Shown here piece by piece: positions 28,784 through 37,611 of a stretch of 48,747 nucleotides of DNA. The position numbers and the translations under genes were made by a program. The notes beneath the pieces were generated by a model that worked only from the letters and a program-made list of their open reading frames with translations, made no database searches and was not told where the DNA came from. Numbering within the stretch: position 1 is the first letter of the stretch; every line of letters starts with the position of its first letter. This DNA comes from a bacterium (GTDB taxonomy: Bacteria; Sysuimicrobiota; Sysuimicrobiia; Sysuimicrobiales; Humicultoraceae), in contig JASEHJ010000002.1 in NCBI GenBank assembly GCA_030018905.1, forward strand, positions 1-48,747. Direction: 5' to 3'.

Positions 28784-29965
28784 GTGGTCAACCAGGAGGC
28801 CTTGGAGCGCTCGTCCCTGTTCATGGATCTGCCCGCGGCGCTGCTGCGCCGTCTGGCTGCGCTGGGCGAGGAGCGGTCCTACTCGCCGGGACAGCGGATC
28901 TTCCAGGAAGGGGAGGGGGCCACGCACCTGTGCATCATCAAGGAGGGGCGCGTCGCCCTTGAGATGGACCTTCGGATCGGCAGGGCCGAGGCCGGCGAGA
29001 GGCGCACCTTTGCAGCGGTGCTGGGTCCCCCTGACTGCTTTGGCTGGTCCGCGCTTGTGCCTCCCCATACCCGCACCATGTCGGCCGTGGCGATTCAAGC
29101 CACGACCGTCGTGGCATTGGAGCGTGAGGCGCTGGAGCGCCTGATCGCCGATGACCCTCGGGCCGGGGTCCTGCTGATGCGCGGGTTGGCCCAGCTCGTG
29201 GGGAATCGCCTGATGGAGGCCAGGGCCAAGCTGGGCTTCGTGATTGCGCTGGTGTCACACGAACTGAAGGCACCTCTGGCGGCCGTCGAGAGCTATCTTC
29301 AAGTGATGCTGGGCGGATACGCGGGCGAGGTCCCGGACCGGCAGAGGGAGATGCTTGCCCGGTGCAGCATCCGTGTGCAGGAGTTGGTTGAACTCATCAA
29401 CAGCCTGCTTCGGGTCTCCCGGATCGAGACCGGCGACCTCTCCGCAGAGCTCGGTGTCGAATCCCTGCAGGACATCATTGAGAAGGCCGTGGAGAATGTG
29501 GCCGCCGCTGCCCGGGAGAAGGGTGTGCTTCTTCGAGTGCATGTGCCCGCGGATCTGCCGCCGCTCCTGATGTCGCCGCTCAGAATCCAGGAGGCGTTCA
29601 CGAACCTCCTGGACAACTCGGTGAAGTTCACGCCATCCGGCGGAGAGGTCGTCGTGACCGTTGAGGACCGAGGAGACAACATCTGTGTGCAGGTGCGCGA
29701 TACCGGGATTGGGATAGCCTCCTCCGAGCTGCCCCGGATCTTCGACGAGTTCTACCGGGGGCAGATGGCCCAGTCGAAGGGGCTGGGATTGGGCCTGTCC
29801 CTCGTGAAGAGGATCGTCGAGGCCCACCGGGGCCAGATCTGGGCGGAGAGTCCCCCACCGGGAGAGGCGCGCGGCACAGTCTTCACGTTTGCGCTGCCCA
29901 AGGCCCTGACCGTCCAGGTTTCACCTGCTGGTGGACCGCCGGTAGGGCAGGGGGAGGCAGCCTGA
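28784..29965 (+). CDS. Soluble sensor histidine kinase: cNMP-binding domain + HisKA + HATPase
   Basis: IFQEGE..LCIIKEGRV..FGWSALV..RTMSA (cNMP fold); SHELKAP H-box; NLLDNSVKF; DTGIGI; IFDEF; GLGLGL; no transmembrane segment. Confidence 0.92.
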   Translation: MVNQEALERSSLFMDLPAALLRRLAALGEERSYSPGQRIFQEGEGATHLCIIKEGRVALEMDLRIGRAEAGERRTFAAVLGPPDCFGWSALVPPHTRTMSAVAIQATTVVALEREALERLIADDPRAGVLLMRGLAQLVGNRLMEARAKLGFVIALVSHELKAPLAAVESYLQVMLGGYAGEVPDRQREMLARCSIRVQELVELINSLLRVSRIETGDLSAELGVESLQDIIEKAVENVAAAAREKGVLLRVHVPADLPPLLMSPLRIQEAFTNLLDNSVKFTPSGGEVVVTVEDRGDNICVQVRDTGIGIASSELPRIFDEFYRGQMAQSKGLGLGLSLVKRIVEAHRGQIWAESPPPGEARGTVFTFALPKALTVQVSPAGGPPVGQGEAA

Positions 29966-29966
29966 G

Positions 29967-32900
29967 ATGATTCAGCGCGACGCCCTGGATCGGTGCGCCC
30001 TGTTCGGAGGGCTTGGGCCATCGGCCCGCGACCTGGTGGCCTCGCTGGGGACCGTGGTCTCCTTTCAGTCCGGGGAGCGCATCTTCTCCGAGGGTGAGGA
30101 GGCGCGCGACTTCTACGTGATCCATGAGGGCCGGGTGGCCCTGGAGATGCGGGCTCCTGAGCAGGGAGAGGAACTGCCCAGGTCGGTGGTCGTGTCCGTG
30201 CTGGGAGCAGGCGAGAGCCTTGGCTGGTCCGCCCTGGTGCCGCCGTTCGTGCTGACGATGTCCGCGGTGTGCTTGGAGCCCGCGGTTCTGGTCGCCATCA
30301 GCGGTCCTGTTCTGCGCAGGTTGATGTCGCTGGACTGGGAGATCGGTTATCACATCATGGCAGGGCTGGTGGATCTCGTTGAGTACCGCATGGCGAACAT
30401 ACGGACTCGCCTCACGCAGATGCAGGCGGTGGCCACCCACGATCTGCGCTCTCCCGCTGCCAGGGTGACCAGCTACCTGGAGGCCATGCTGGCAGGATCG
30501 GCCGGCGACCTGACCGAGGATCAACGGCACATCCTTGAGCGGTGCCGCCAGCGGCTGGCGGACCAGATCGAGTTGCTGGACCGCCTGGTGCGCGTCTCCC
30601 CGCCCGTGCCTGAGGAGCGCGGCGGTGGCCTGCCGTCCGCGCCAGCGGCCCGGCCCGCCGGTCCGTCCGAGGAATCCGAAGCGGCCGGTGTGGCCGAGGA
30701 GGCTCCCGGCGCTGCCGTGGGCGCGGCGATGGTGGTCGGCGGCGGGATCGCCGGGATCCAGGCCGCGCTGGATCTGGCCGACGCCGGCATCAAGGTGCAC
30801 CTGGTGGAGCGCGGTTCGGCCATCGGCGGCCGCATGGCCACGCTCGACAAGACCTTCCCCACGAACGACTGCGCGATGTGCATCCTGTCGCCCAAGCTCT
30901 CCGGCATCAGGCTTCATCCCAACATCGAGCTCCACACATTGGCCGAGATGGAGCGTCTGGAGGGAAGCGCCGGCGATCTCCGTGCGACCATCCGGCATCG
31001 CCCGCGCTTCGTGGACTTGCTTCGCTGCACCGCGTGCGGCGACTGCGCCACGGCGTGTCCGATAGGCGTGCCCAGGGAGTTCAACGCCGCCCTTGCGCCA
31101 CGTACTGCGATCTACCGCTCCTACGCCCAGGCCGTCCCGGGCGCCTACGCCATTGACAAGCGGGGCTCCGCACCCTGCCGCGACGCCTGCCCCATTCATC
31201 AGCGGGCGCAGGGGTATGCGGCGCTGGTGGCTCAGGGGCGATACGAAGAGGCATTCCGGGTGATCCAGATGGAGAACCCCTTCCCCGGGATCTGCGGCCG
31301 CGTCTGCAACCACCGGTGCGAGGACGCCTGCTCCCGTGGCCTGGTAGACGGAGCGGTGAACCTCGCGGCGCTGAAGCGGTTCGTCGCCGATTGGGCGTAT
31401 GCCCGGCCGCGCGAGCCCGAGGCCCAGGTCGAACCGGTGCACCCCGAACGCGTGGCCGTTGTGGGCTCAGGTCCCGCGGGTCTCACCGCTGCCCGCGATC
31501 TTGCCGTCAAAGGGTACCGGGTGACCGTGTTCGAGGCCCTGCCCGCAGCCGGCGGGATGATGCGGGTCGGAATCCCGGAGCACCGCCTGCCCACGCCGAT
31601 CATCGAGCGGGAGATCGCCGACATAACCGGGCTGGGCGTTGAGATCCGGTGCAACAGCCGTGTGTCGCACGTGCGCGACCTGTTTGCCGAGGGATTCAAC
31701 GCCATCTTCTTGGCCACCGGCGCCCATCGGGCACGGAAGCTTCCCATTCCGGGTGCGGACCTGCCGGGCGTGCTGGTCAGCACCGATGTGCTGCAGAACG
31801 CCCGCCTGGGCCAGCCTGTTTCACTGGGCCGGCGGGTGCTTGTTCTGGGAGGAGGCAACGTCGGTTTCGACGTGGCCAGGACGTGCGTGCGGCTGGGGGC
31901 CGAGGTGCACGTGGCGTGTCCCGAGGCGCGCGAGGCGATGCCGGCCCACGCCTGGGAGATCGCCGCGGCCGAGGAAGAGGGCATTCGCGTCCACCCCTCC
32001 ACGTCTTTCGTCCGGGTGCTGGAGCGGGACGGCCGCGCCGCGGGCATGGAGTGCCGCAAGGTGCGTTCCATGCGTTTTGACGAGGCGCGGCGCCTGCACC
32101 TCGACCTGGTCGAGGGCAGCGAGCACGTGCTGGAGGCGGACACGGTCATCTTCGCGATCGGCCTGGCGCCACAGACCGAGATCACCTCCGGTCTGCCTGG
32201 TATCGCCACCACGCCGTGGGGATCGATGCAGGTGGAAGCGGACTCCCAGTCCGCGGGCTACCCCGGCCTGTTCGCGGGCGGGGATCTGGTCACCGGCACC
32301 GCGTTCGTGGTGGACGCCATCGCGGCCGGAGCGCGGGCCGCGCGCGGCATCCACGCCTACTTGCGCGGGACGACCCTGGAGGCCGATCCCCAGGCTCCGG
32401 TGGCCAAGCTCACCCCGGACGAGGTCGAAGGTCGGTTGCTGCGCGGGCAGATACGGTTGCAGCCTCGCTCCGGCGTTCACGAGCTCCCTCCGGCGGTGCG
32501 GCGCGCCTCGTTCGTCGAGGTGGACGAGGGGTTGACCGAGGAGGAGGCGCGCCAGGAGGCTGCGCGCTGCCTGGCCTGCGGCGTGTGCGCCGAGTGCTTG
32601 GCGTGCGTGCAGGCGTGCCGCCGCGAGGCGATCAACCATGCCGAGACCGAACGCGTGGAAACGCTCCGCGTCGGTGCCGTGGTCCTGGCGCCGGGCATCG
32701 AGCCTTTCGACGCAGCGCACGCGGATGCCTACGGCGTGGGCCGCTTCCCGAACGTCCTGACCGGGCCGCAGTTCGAGCGACTCCTCTCCGCGTCGGGGCC
32801 GACGCAGGGTCACATCACCCGACCCTCCGACAGCGCGGAACCCCGCAGGATCGCCTTCCTGCAGTGCGTGGGCTCGCGCGACCAGCAAAACCGCTACTGC

Positions 32901-35138
32901 TCCTCGGTGTGCTGCATGTACGCCACCAAAGAGGCGATCCTGGCGCGAGAGCACCTTCCCGAGGCCGAGTGTACGGTCTACTACGGGGATCTGCGCGCCT
33001 TCGGCAAGGGCTTCGATGCCTACCTCGAGCGGGCCAAGCGCAACCAGGTCCGGTATGTGCGCACGCGCGTGGCGTCTATCCGTGAAGACCCGCACACCCG
33101 GTCGCTCGTCTTCAGGGTGGAGGAGAACGGGGTTGTACGCGAAGAACAGGCCGACTTGGTCGTGCTGGCGGTGGGTTTAACCCCGCCCAGGGACGCCGAC
33201 GCGCTGGCCCGTGCCGCGGGAATAGCGCTCAACGAGCACGGATTCGCCGCCACGGTACCCTCCGCGCCGATGGAGACCAGCCGACCCGGCGTGTTTGTGG
33301 CCGGAGGATTCCGCGGGCCCAAGGACATCCCCGACTCCGTTGTGGACGGCAGCGGCGCGGCCGCGGCTGCGATGGCCGTTATCGGGTCGGCCCGGGGGAC
33401 CCAGATCGTTCCCAAGATCTATCCTCCCGAGATGTTGCTGGATCCGGAACCGCGGGTCGGCGTGTTCGTATGCCACTGCGGGTCGAACATCGCCGGCGTG
33501 GTGGACGTGGTCGGCCTGGCCGACCACGCCAGGACGCTGCCGGGCGTGGTCCTGGCCGAGACGTCGCTCTATACCTGCTCGGCCGATACCCTGATACGCA
33601 TCAAGGAGGCAATAATCGAGGAGCACCTCAACCGGGTGGTGGTGGCGAGCTGCACCCCGCGTACGCACGAACCTATTTTCCGAGAGACGCTGCGCGAGGC
33701 CGGGCTCAACCCCTACCTGTTCGAGATGGCCAACATTCGCGACCAGTGCAGCTGGGTGCACCGCGACGATCCCTCCGGCGCCACGGATAAGGCGCGCGCG
33801 CTGATCGCGGGGGCGGTCGCCCGAGCCGCCCGCCTGGCCCCGCTGCACAAGGTGCTGGTGCCGATGCGAAACGAGGCACTGGTGATCGGTGGAGGCGTGG
33901 CAGGCCTGACCGCCAGCCTCAACCTGGCCGAGCAGGGATTTTCGGTGGTGCTGGTGGAGCGGTCGCAGGAGCTGGGTGGCCGCCTGCGCTCACCGCTCCT
34001 GACCTGGGGCGGCGCTCCGGCCGCGGATTCGCTGCGGGAGTTGGTCGGACGGGTAACCGGCCATCCGCGTGTGCGGGTGCTGACCGGATGCAGGGTCGTT
34101 TCATCCCACGGCACGGTAGGCAACTTCGAAACCACGGTCGCAGGCCCGGATGGAGAGCACAGCTTCGGGCACGGGGTGACCGTCATCGCCACCGGCCTTC
34201 AGGAGTGGAAGCCCGCGGCCTACGGGGCCGGCCAGGACGCACGCGTGGTGACGCTCTCGGAGTTTGAGTCGCGCCTCATGACCGGTGGCGGGTCGCCTCA
34301 GGAGACTCCGTCATCGGTGGTAATGCTGTTGTGCGCCGGCCCCTGGGACCGCATGCCCTTCTACTGCAGCCGCACCTGCTGCGCCCAGTCCCTGGCCGCC
34401 GCGTTGGCGTTCAAGCGGGTGAACCCCGAGGTTCCCGTCACGGTCATCGCCCGCGAGATCCGGACCTACGGGTTTACCGAGGAACTGTTCACCCAGGCGC
34501 GGCAGGCGGGGATCGTGGTGTTCCGCCACTCGGCCGAGGAGCCCCCGCAGATCACGCGCACTCCTGAGGCCGCGACCGTAACCGTGCGGGACCAGGCGCT
34601 CGGCGAGGAGATCACCCTGGATGCCGGCCTGTTGGTCGTGGCGCCGGCTCAGGTGCCCTCGGACGGCGCGTCCGACCTTACCACGATCTTCAAGGTGCCG
34701 GCGTCCGCGGACGGCTTCTTCCTGGAGGCCCATGTGAAGCTGAGGCCGGCGGAGTTCGCCAGCGAGGGGCTGTTCCTCTGCGGAGGCGCTCACTACCCCA
34801 AGCCGCTGGACGAGGCGATCGCCCAATCCCTGGCATCTGCGGCTCGGGCCAGCACCCTGTTGTGGCGCGACAGCCTGGAGGTCGGCGGCGTTGTGACCGC
34901 GGTTGACCGCGACCGCTGCACAACCTGCCTGACCTGCCTCCGGGTGTGCGCCTACGACGCCATATCGTTTGACGCCGACGGCATTGCCGTCATTGAGCCC
35001 ACCCGCTGCCAGGGCTGCGGCCTGTGCGTGGCGGTGTGTCCGGGCAGCGCGCTCAGCCTGGGACACTACTCGCGAGACCAGATGCTCGCCAAGATTACCG
35101 CGCTGCTGGGCGAGATGGAGGTCGTTCGTGTCAACTGA
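29967..35138 (+). CDS. hdrA: Large HdrL-type flavoprotein (HdrA-GltD/NfnB-like insert-HdrA) with N-terminal cNMP + HisKA/DHp module
   Basis: Residues 1-210 cNMP domain + THDLRSP. VVGGGIAG..LDKTFPTNDCAMC from residue ~255. GltD-like APCRDACP..CGRVC..GSGPAG..GGGNVG. QCVGSRD..YCSSVCC. Second module GVFVCHCG..NIRDQCSWVH..GGGVAG..FFLEAHVKLRP. C-terminal 2x[4Fe-4S]. Confidence 0.9.
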   Translation: MIQRDALDRCALFGGLGPSARDLVASLGTVVSFQSGERIFSEGEEARDFYVIHEGRVALEMRAPEQGEELPRSVVVSVLGAGESLGWSALVPPFVLTMSAVCLEPAVLVAISGPVLRRLMSLDWEIGYHIMAGLVDLVEYRMANIRTRLTQMQAVATHDLRSPAARVTSYLEAMLAGSAGDLTEDQRHILERCRQRLADQIELLDRLVRVSPPVPEERGGGLPSAPAARPAGPSEESEAAGVAEEAPGAAVGAAMVVGGGIAGIQAALDLADAGIKVHLVERGSAIGGRMATLDKTFPTNDCAMCILSPKLSGIRLHPNIELHTLAEMERLEGSAGDLRATIRHRPRFVDLLRCTACGDCATACPIGVPREFNAALAPRTAIYRSYAQAVPGAYAIDKRGSAPCRDACPIHQRAQGYAALVAQGRYEEAFRVIQMENPFPGICGRVCNHRCEDACSRGLVDGAVNLAALKRFVADWAYARPREPEAQVEPVHPERVAVVGSGPAGLTAARDLAVKGYRVTVFEALPAAGGMMRVGIPEHRLPTPIIEREIADITGLGVEIRCNSRVSHVRDLFAEGFNAIFLATGAHRARKLPIPGADLPGVLVSTDVLQNARLGQPVSLGRRVLVLGGGNVGFDVARTCVRLGAEVHVACPEAREAMPAHAWEIAAAEEEGIRVHPSTSFVRVLERDGRAAGMECRKVRSMRFDEARRLHLDLVEGSEHVLEADTVIFAIGLAPQTEITSGLPGIATTPWGSMQVEADSQSAGYPGLFAGGDLVTGTAFVVDAIAAGARAARGIHAYLRGTTLEADPQAPVAKLTPDEVEGRLLRGQIRLQPRSGVHELPPAVRRASFVEVDEGLTEEEARQEAARCLACGVCAECLACVQACRREAINHAETERVETLRVGAVVLAPGIEPFDAAHADAYGVGRFPNVLTGPQFERLLSASGPTQGHITRPSDSAEPRRIAFLQCVGSRDQQNRYCSSVCCMYATKEAILAREHLPEAECTVYYGDLRAFGKGFDAYLERAKRNQVRYVRTRVASIREDPHTRSLVFRVEENGVVREEQADLVVLAVGLTPPRDADALARAAGIALNEHGFAATVPSAPMETSRPGVFVAGGFRGPKDIPDSVVDGSGAAAAAMAVIGSARGTQIVPKIYPPEMLLDPEPRVGVFVCHCGSNIAGVVDVVGLADHARTLPGVVLAETSLYTCSADTLIRIKEAIIEEHLNRVVVASCTPRTHEPIFRETLREAGLNPYLFEMANIRDQCSWVHRDDPSGATDKARALIAGAVARAARLAPLHKVLVPMRNEALVIGGGVAGLTASLNLAEQGFSVVLVERSQELGGRLRSPLLTWGGAPAADSLRELVGRVTGHPRVRVLTGCRVVSSHGTVGNFETTVAGPDGEHSFGHGVTVIATGLQEWKPAAYGAGQDARVVTLSEFESRLMTGGGSPQETPSSVVMLLCAGPWDRMPFYCSRTCCAQSLAAALAFKRVNPEVPVTVIAREIRTYGFTEELFTQARQAGIVVFRHSAEEPPQITRTPEAATVTVRDQALGEEITLDAGLLVVAPAQVPSDGASDLTTIFKVPASADGFFLEAHVKLRPAEFASEGLFLCGGAHYPKPLDEAIAQSLASAARASTLLWRDSLEVGGVVTAVDRDRCTTCLTCLRVCAYDAISFDADGIAVIEPTRCQGCGLCVAVCPGSALSLGHYSRDQMLAKITALLGEMEVVRVN

Positions 35139-35598
35139 CGTTGCCCCGGTCCCAACGGAGACCGAGGCCAAGCCGGCCGCGGTGGAGATCGTGGCCTTCT
35201 GCTGCTTCTACTGCGCCTACGCCGCCGCCGACCTAGCGGGCGTGATGCGTCTGGCCTATCCGCCCAACGTGAAGGTGGTCCTGCTGCCGTGCACCGGCGG
35301 AATTGACCCCATCTACATCCTGCGCGCCTTCGAGGCCGGGGCCGACGGGGTGTTCGTGGCAGGATGCCTAGAAGGGCAGTGCCACTACCAGGTGGGCAAC
35401 TACCACGCCAAGGCGCGTGTCCGATACCTCAAGGAGCGTCTCGAGGAGGTAGGCATCGGTGGGCAGCGCCTGGAGATGTTCAATCTCTCCTCGGCCGAGG
35501 GCCCGCGGTTTGCCGAGATAGCCCGAGAGATGGCCGAACGCATCACGGCACTGGGCCCGACGCCGCTCAAGCGGCCGCGGACCGGAGCAGATCTGTGA
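35128..35598 (+). CDS. mvhD: MvhD/FlpD [2Fe-2S] subunit
   Basis: GGAGG RBS and GTG start; AFCCFYCAYAAADLAG; PCTG; GADGVFVAGCLEGQCHY..GN. Confidence 0.92.
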   Translation: MSTDVAPVPTETEAKPAAVEIVAFCCFYCAYAAADLAGVMRLAYPPNVKVVLLPCTGGIDPIYILRAFEAGADGVFVAGCLEGQCHYQVGNYHAKARVRYLKERLEEVGIGGQRLEMFNLSSAEGPRFAEIAREMAERITALGPTPLKRPRTGADL

Positions 35599-36962
35599 CG
35601 AGGTCAACCATGACCCGTTCTACGCTTGCCCACGAGGTCCGGCAGGAGAGCGGCCAGGATCTCCCGCTCTGCTTCCAGTGTAAGGTGTGCACGAGCGGAT
35701 GCCCGCTGGCCGCGGAGATGGACCTGGCGCCGCACGCCGCGATGCGCGCGCTGCAGCTGGGGGTTGACGAACGGCTGCTGCGGAGCAACACCTTCTGGCT
35801 GTGCGCTTCCTGCCAGGCGTGCACCGCGCGCTGCCCCCAGGGGATTGACGTGGCCCGCGTTATGGATGCGCTGCGGATCGTCGCCGCGCGGCGGCGGATT
35901 CCTGCGCGCGTGCCCGAGGCGCTGATCTTCACGCAGGCCGCGGTTCGCAGCATCCGCCTGTTCGGGCGGCTGTTCGAGGCGGGCGTGGGAGCAGAGGTCA
36001 ATCTCCGGATGCGCCAGCCGCTCCGCCAGGGGAAGTTCGCGCTCCGGATGCTCAAGGCGGGTAAGCTTCGGCTGGTGCCCGACCTACCCGGCCGCCCCTC
36101 GGACAAGCAGGCGGAAGCGGGCGAGATTGCATACTACCCAGGGTGCGCGCTGCACGCCAGTGCGAGGGAGTACGATACCTCCACTCGCGCTGTAGCCGCT
36201 ACGCTCGGGGTAAAGCTGCGCGAGATCGGCGGGTGGCGGTGCTGCGGGGCCACCGCAGGGCACCAGACTTCTGCCGATCTAGCCCTGGAGCTGCCGCTGG
36301 CCAATCTGAGCCTTGCGGCCCGGGCAGGGCACGCCGCCGTGACCGCGCCCTGCGCCGCCTGCTTCTCACGCCTGCGCCATGCCCAGGTGGAGGGCGCCGA
36401 CCGGGCGCCGCAGGCGTTGCGCGTGCAACATCTGCTGCACACCTTCCTGGAAGGCGGGCTGGAGTCGGTTCGTGCTAGGGTCAAGCGGCCGCTACATGGT
36501 ATGCGGGTGGCCTGCTATTACGGCTGCCTGCTCACGCGGCCGCCCGCGGTCACCGGCGCCGAGCGCCCTGAGTATCCGATGGAGATGGACCGGCTGATCA
36601 GAGCGTTAGGCGGGGTGCCGGTCCCATGGTCGTACAAGACCGAGTGCTGCGGGGCGGGGCATGCGATCGTGCGTCCGGGCCTGGTTATTGAACTGACGGG
36701 CCGCATCCTGCGGGACGCTCAGGCCGCCGGCGCGGAGGCGGTGGCGGTGGCCTGCCCTCTTTGTCACAACAACCTTGACGCCAGGCAGGAAGAGGCGGCA
36801 CGCGCCGCCGGGCTGCCTCCCATGCCGGCCTTCTTCTTCACTCAACTGATGGCAATCGCGTTTGGTCTCCACGGGCAGGCCGTTGGCCTAGAAGGTCTGA
36901 TGACCGATCCACGCCCGCTGCTCCAGATGCGGGGGCTGACCGATAGCGGCGCCGAGATCTGA
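35595..36962 (+). CDS. Fused HdrC-HdrB protein
   Basis: CFQCKVCTSGCP and CASCQACTARCP followed in frame by YYPGC..CCGA..PCAAC and YYGC..CCGA..ACPLC. Start at GTG 35595 or ATG 35610. Confidence 0.88.
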   Translation: MTRSTMTRSTLAHEVRQESGQDLPLCFQCKVCTSGCPLAAEMDLAPHAAMRALQLGVDERLLRSNTFWLCASCQACTARCPQGIDVARVMDALRIVAARRRIPARVPEALIFTQAAVRSIRLFGRLFEAGVGAEVNLRMRQPLRQGKFALRMLKAGKLRLVPDLPGRPSDKQAEAGEIAYYPGCALHASAREYDTSTRAVAATLGVKLREIGGWRCCGATAGHQTSADLALELPLANLSLAARAGHAAVTAPCAACFSRLRHAQVEGADRAPQALRVQHLLHTFLEGGLESVRARVKRPLHGMRVACYYGCLLTRPPAVTGAERPEYPMEMDRLIRALGGVPVPWSYKTECCGAGHAIVRPGLVIELTGRILRDAQAAGAEAVAVACPLCHNNLDARQEEAARAAGLPPMPAFFFTQLMAIAFGLHGQAVGLEGLMTDPRPLLQMRGLTDSGAEI

Positions 36963-36978
36963 TCACAGGGAGGTAGAC

Positions 36979-37605
36979 ATGTACCCGGAGAAACCAATCA
37001 ACGAGTTCCTCGCCAAGCTGGCCTCGGCCGCCCCGGAGCCGGGAGGTGGGGCCGCGGCCGCGCTGACCGGGGCTACCGGCGCCGCGCTGGTTAGCATGGT
37101 GGCCAACCTGACCGTAGGCAGGGAGAAGTACGCGGCGGTCCAGGCGGAGATGGAGCAGGCCAGGGATCGGGCCGACGAGCTGCGAGGGGAGTTCTTGGCG
37201 GCCATTGACCAGGACGCCGAGTCGTTCCGACGGGTGATGGAGGCCTACAAGCTGCCACGCGAGACCGATGAGCAGAAGGCCGCTCGCAAGACGGCTATCC
37301 AGCAGGCTCTTCGCGAGGCCTCCGAGGTCCCGACTCAGGTGATCCGCCTGTGCGAAGAGGTGGCCCGCTGGAGCAAGGTCGTGACCGAGAAGGGCAACGT
37401 GCAGTTGATCACCGACGCTGCCATCGCGGCGCTGCTGGCCGACTCAGGGGCGCAGAGCGCCGCCCTCAACGTCAAGATCAACCTGGGCCCGATCGGTGAC
37501 CCCGCGTTCACCGGCCCGCTGTGGGCAGGGATCCAGGCCACGCTTGAGGGCATACGGGCGGTGCGCGACGAGGTCGTGAAGATCACCTACGAGAGGCTCG
37601 GGTGA
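36979..37605 (+). CDS. fchA: Methenyl-THF cyclohydrolase (cyclodeaminase/cyclohydrolase family)
   Basis: FLAKLAS..PEPGGG..AAL; MVANLT.G; ID.DAESF; GNVQLITD; AALNVKINL. Confidence 0.88.
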   Translation: MYPEKPINEFLAKLASAAPEPGGGAAAALTGATGAALVSMVANLTVGREKYAAVQAEMEQARDRADELRGEFLAAIDQDAESFRRVMEAYKLPRETDEQKAARKTAIQQALREASEVPTQVIRLCEEVARWSKVVTEKGNVQLITDAAIAALLADSGAQSAALNVKINLGPIGDPAFTGPLWAGIQATLEGIRAVRDEVVKITYERLG

Positions 37606-37611
37606 GCGCCG

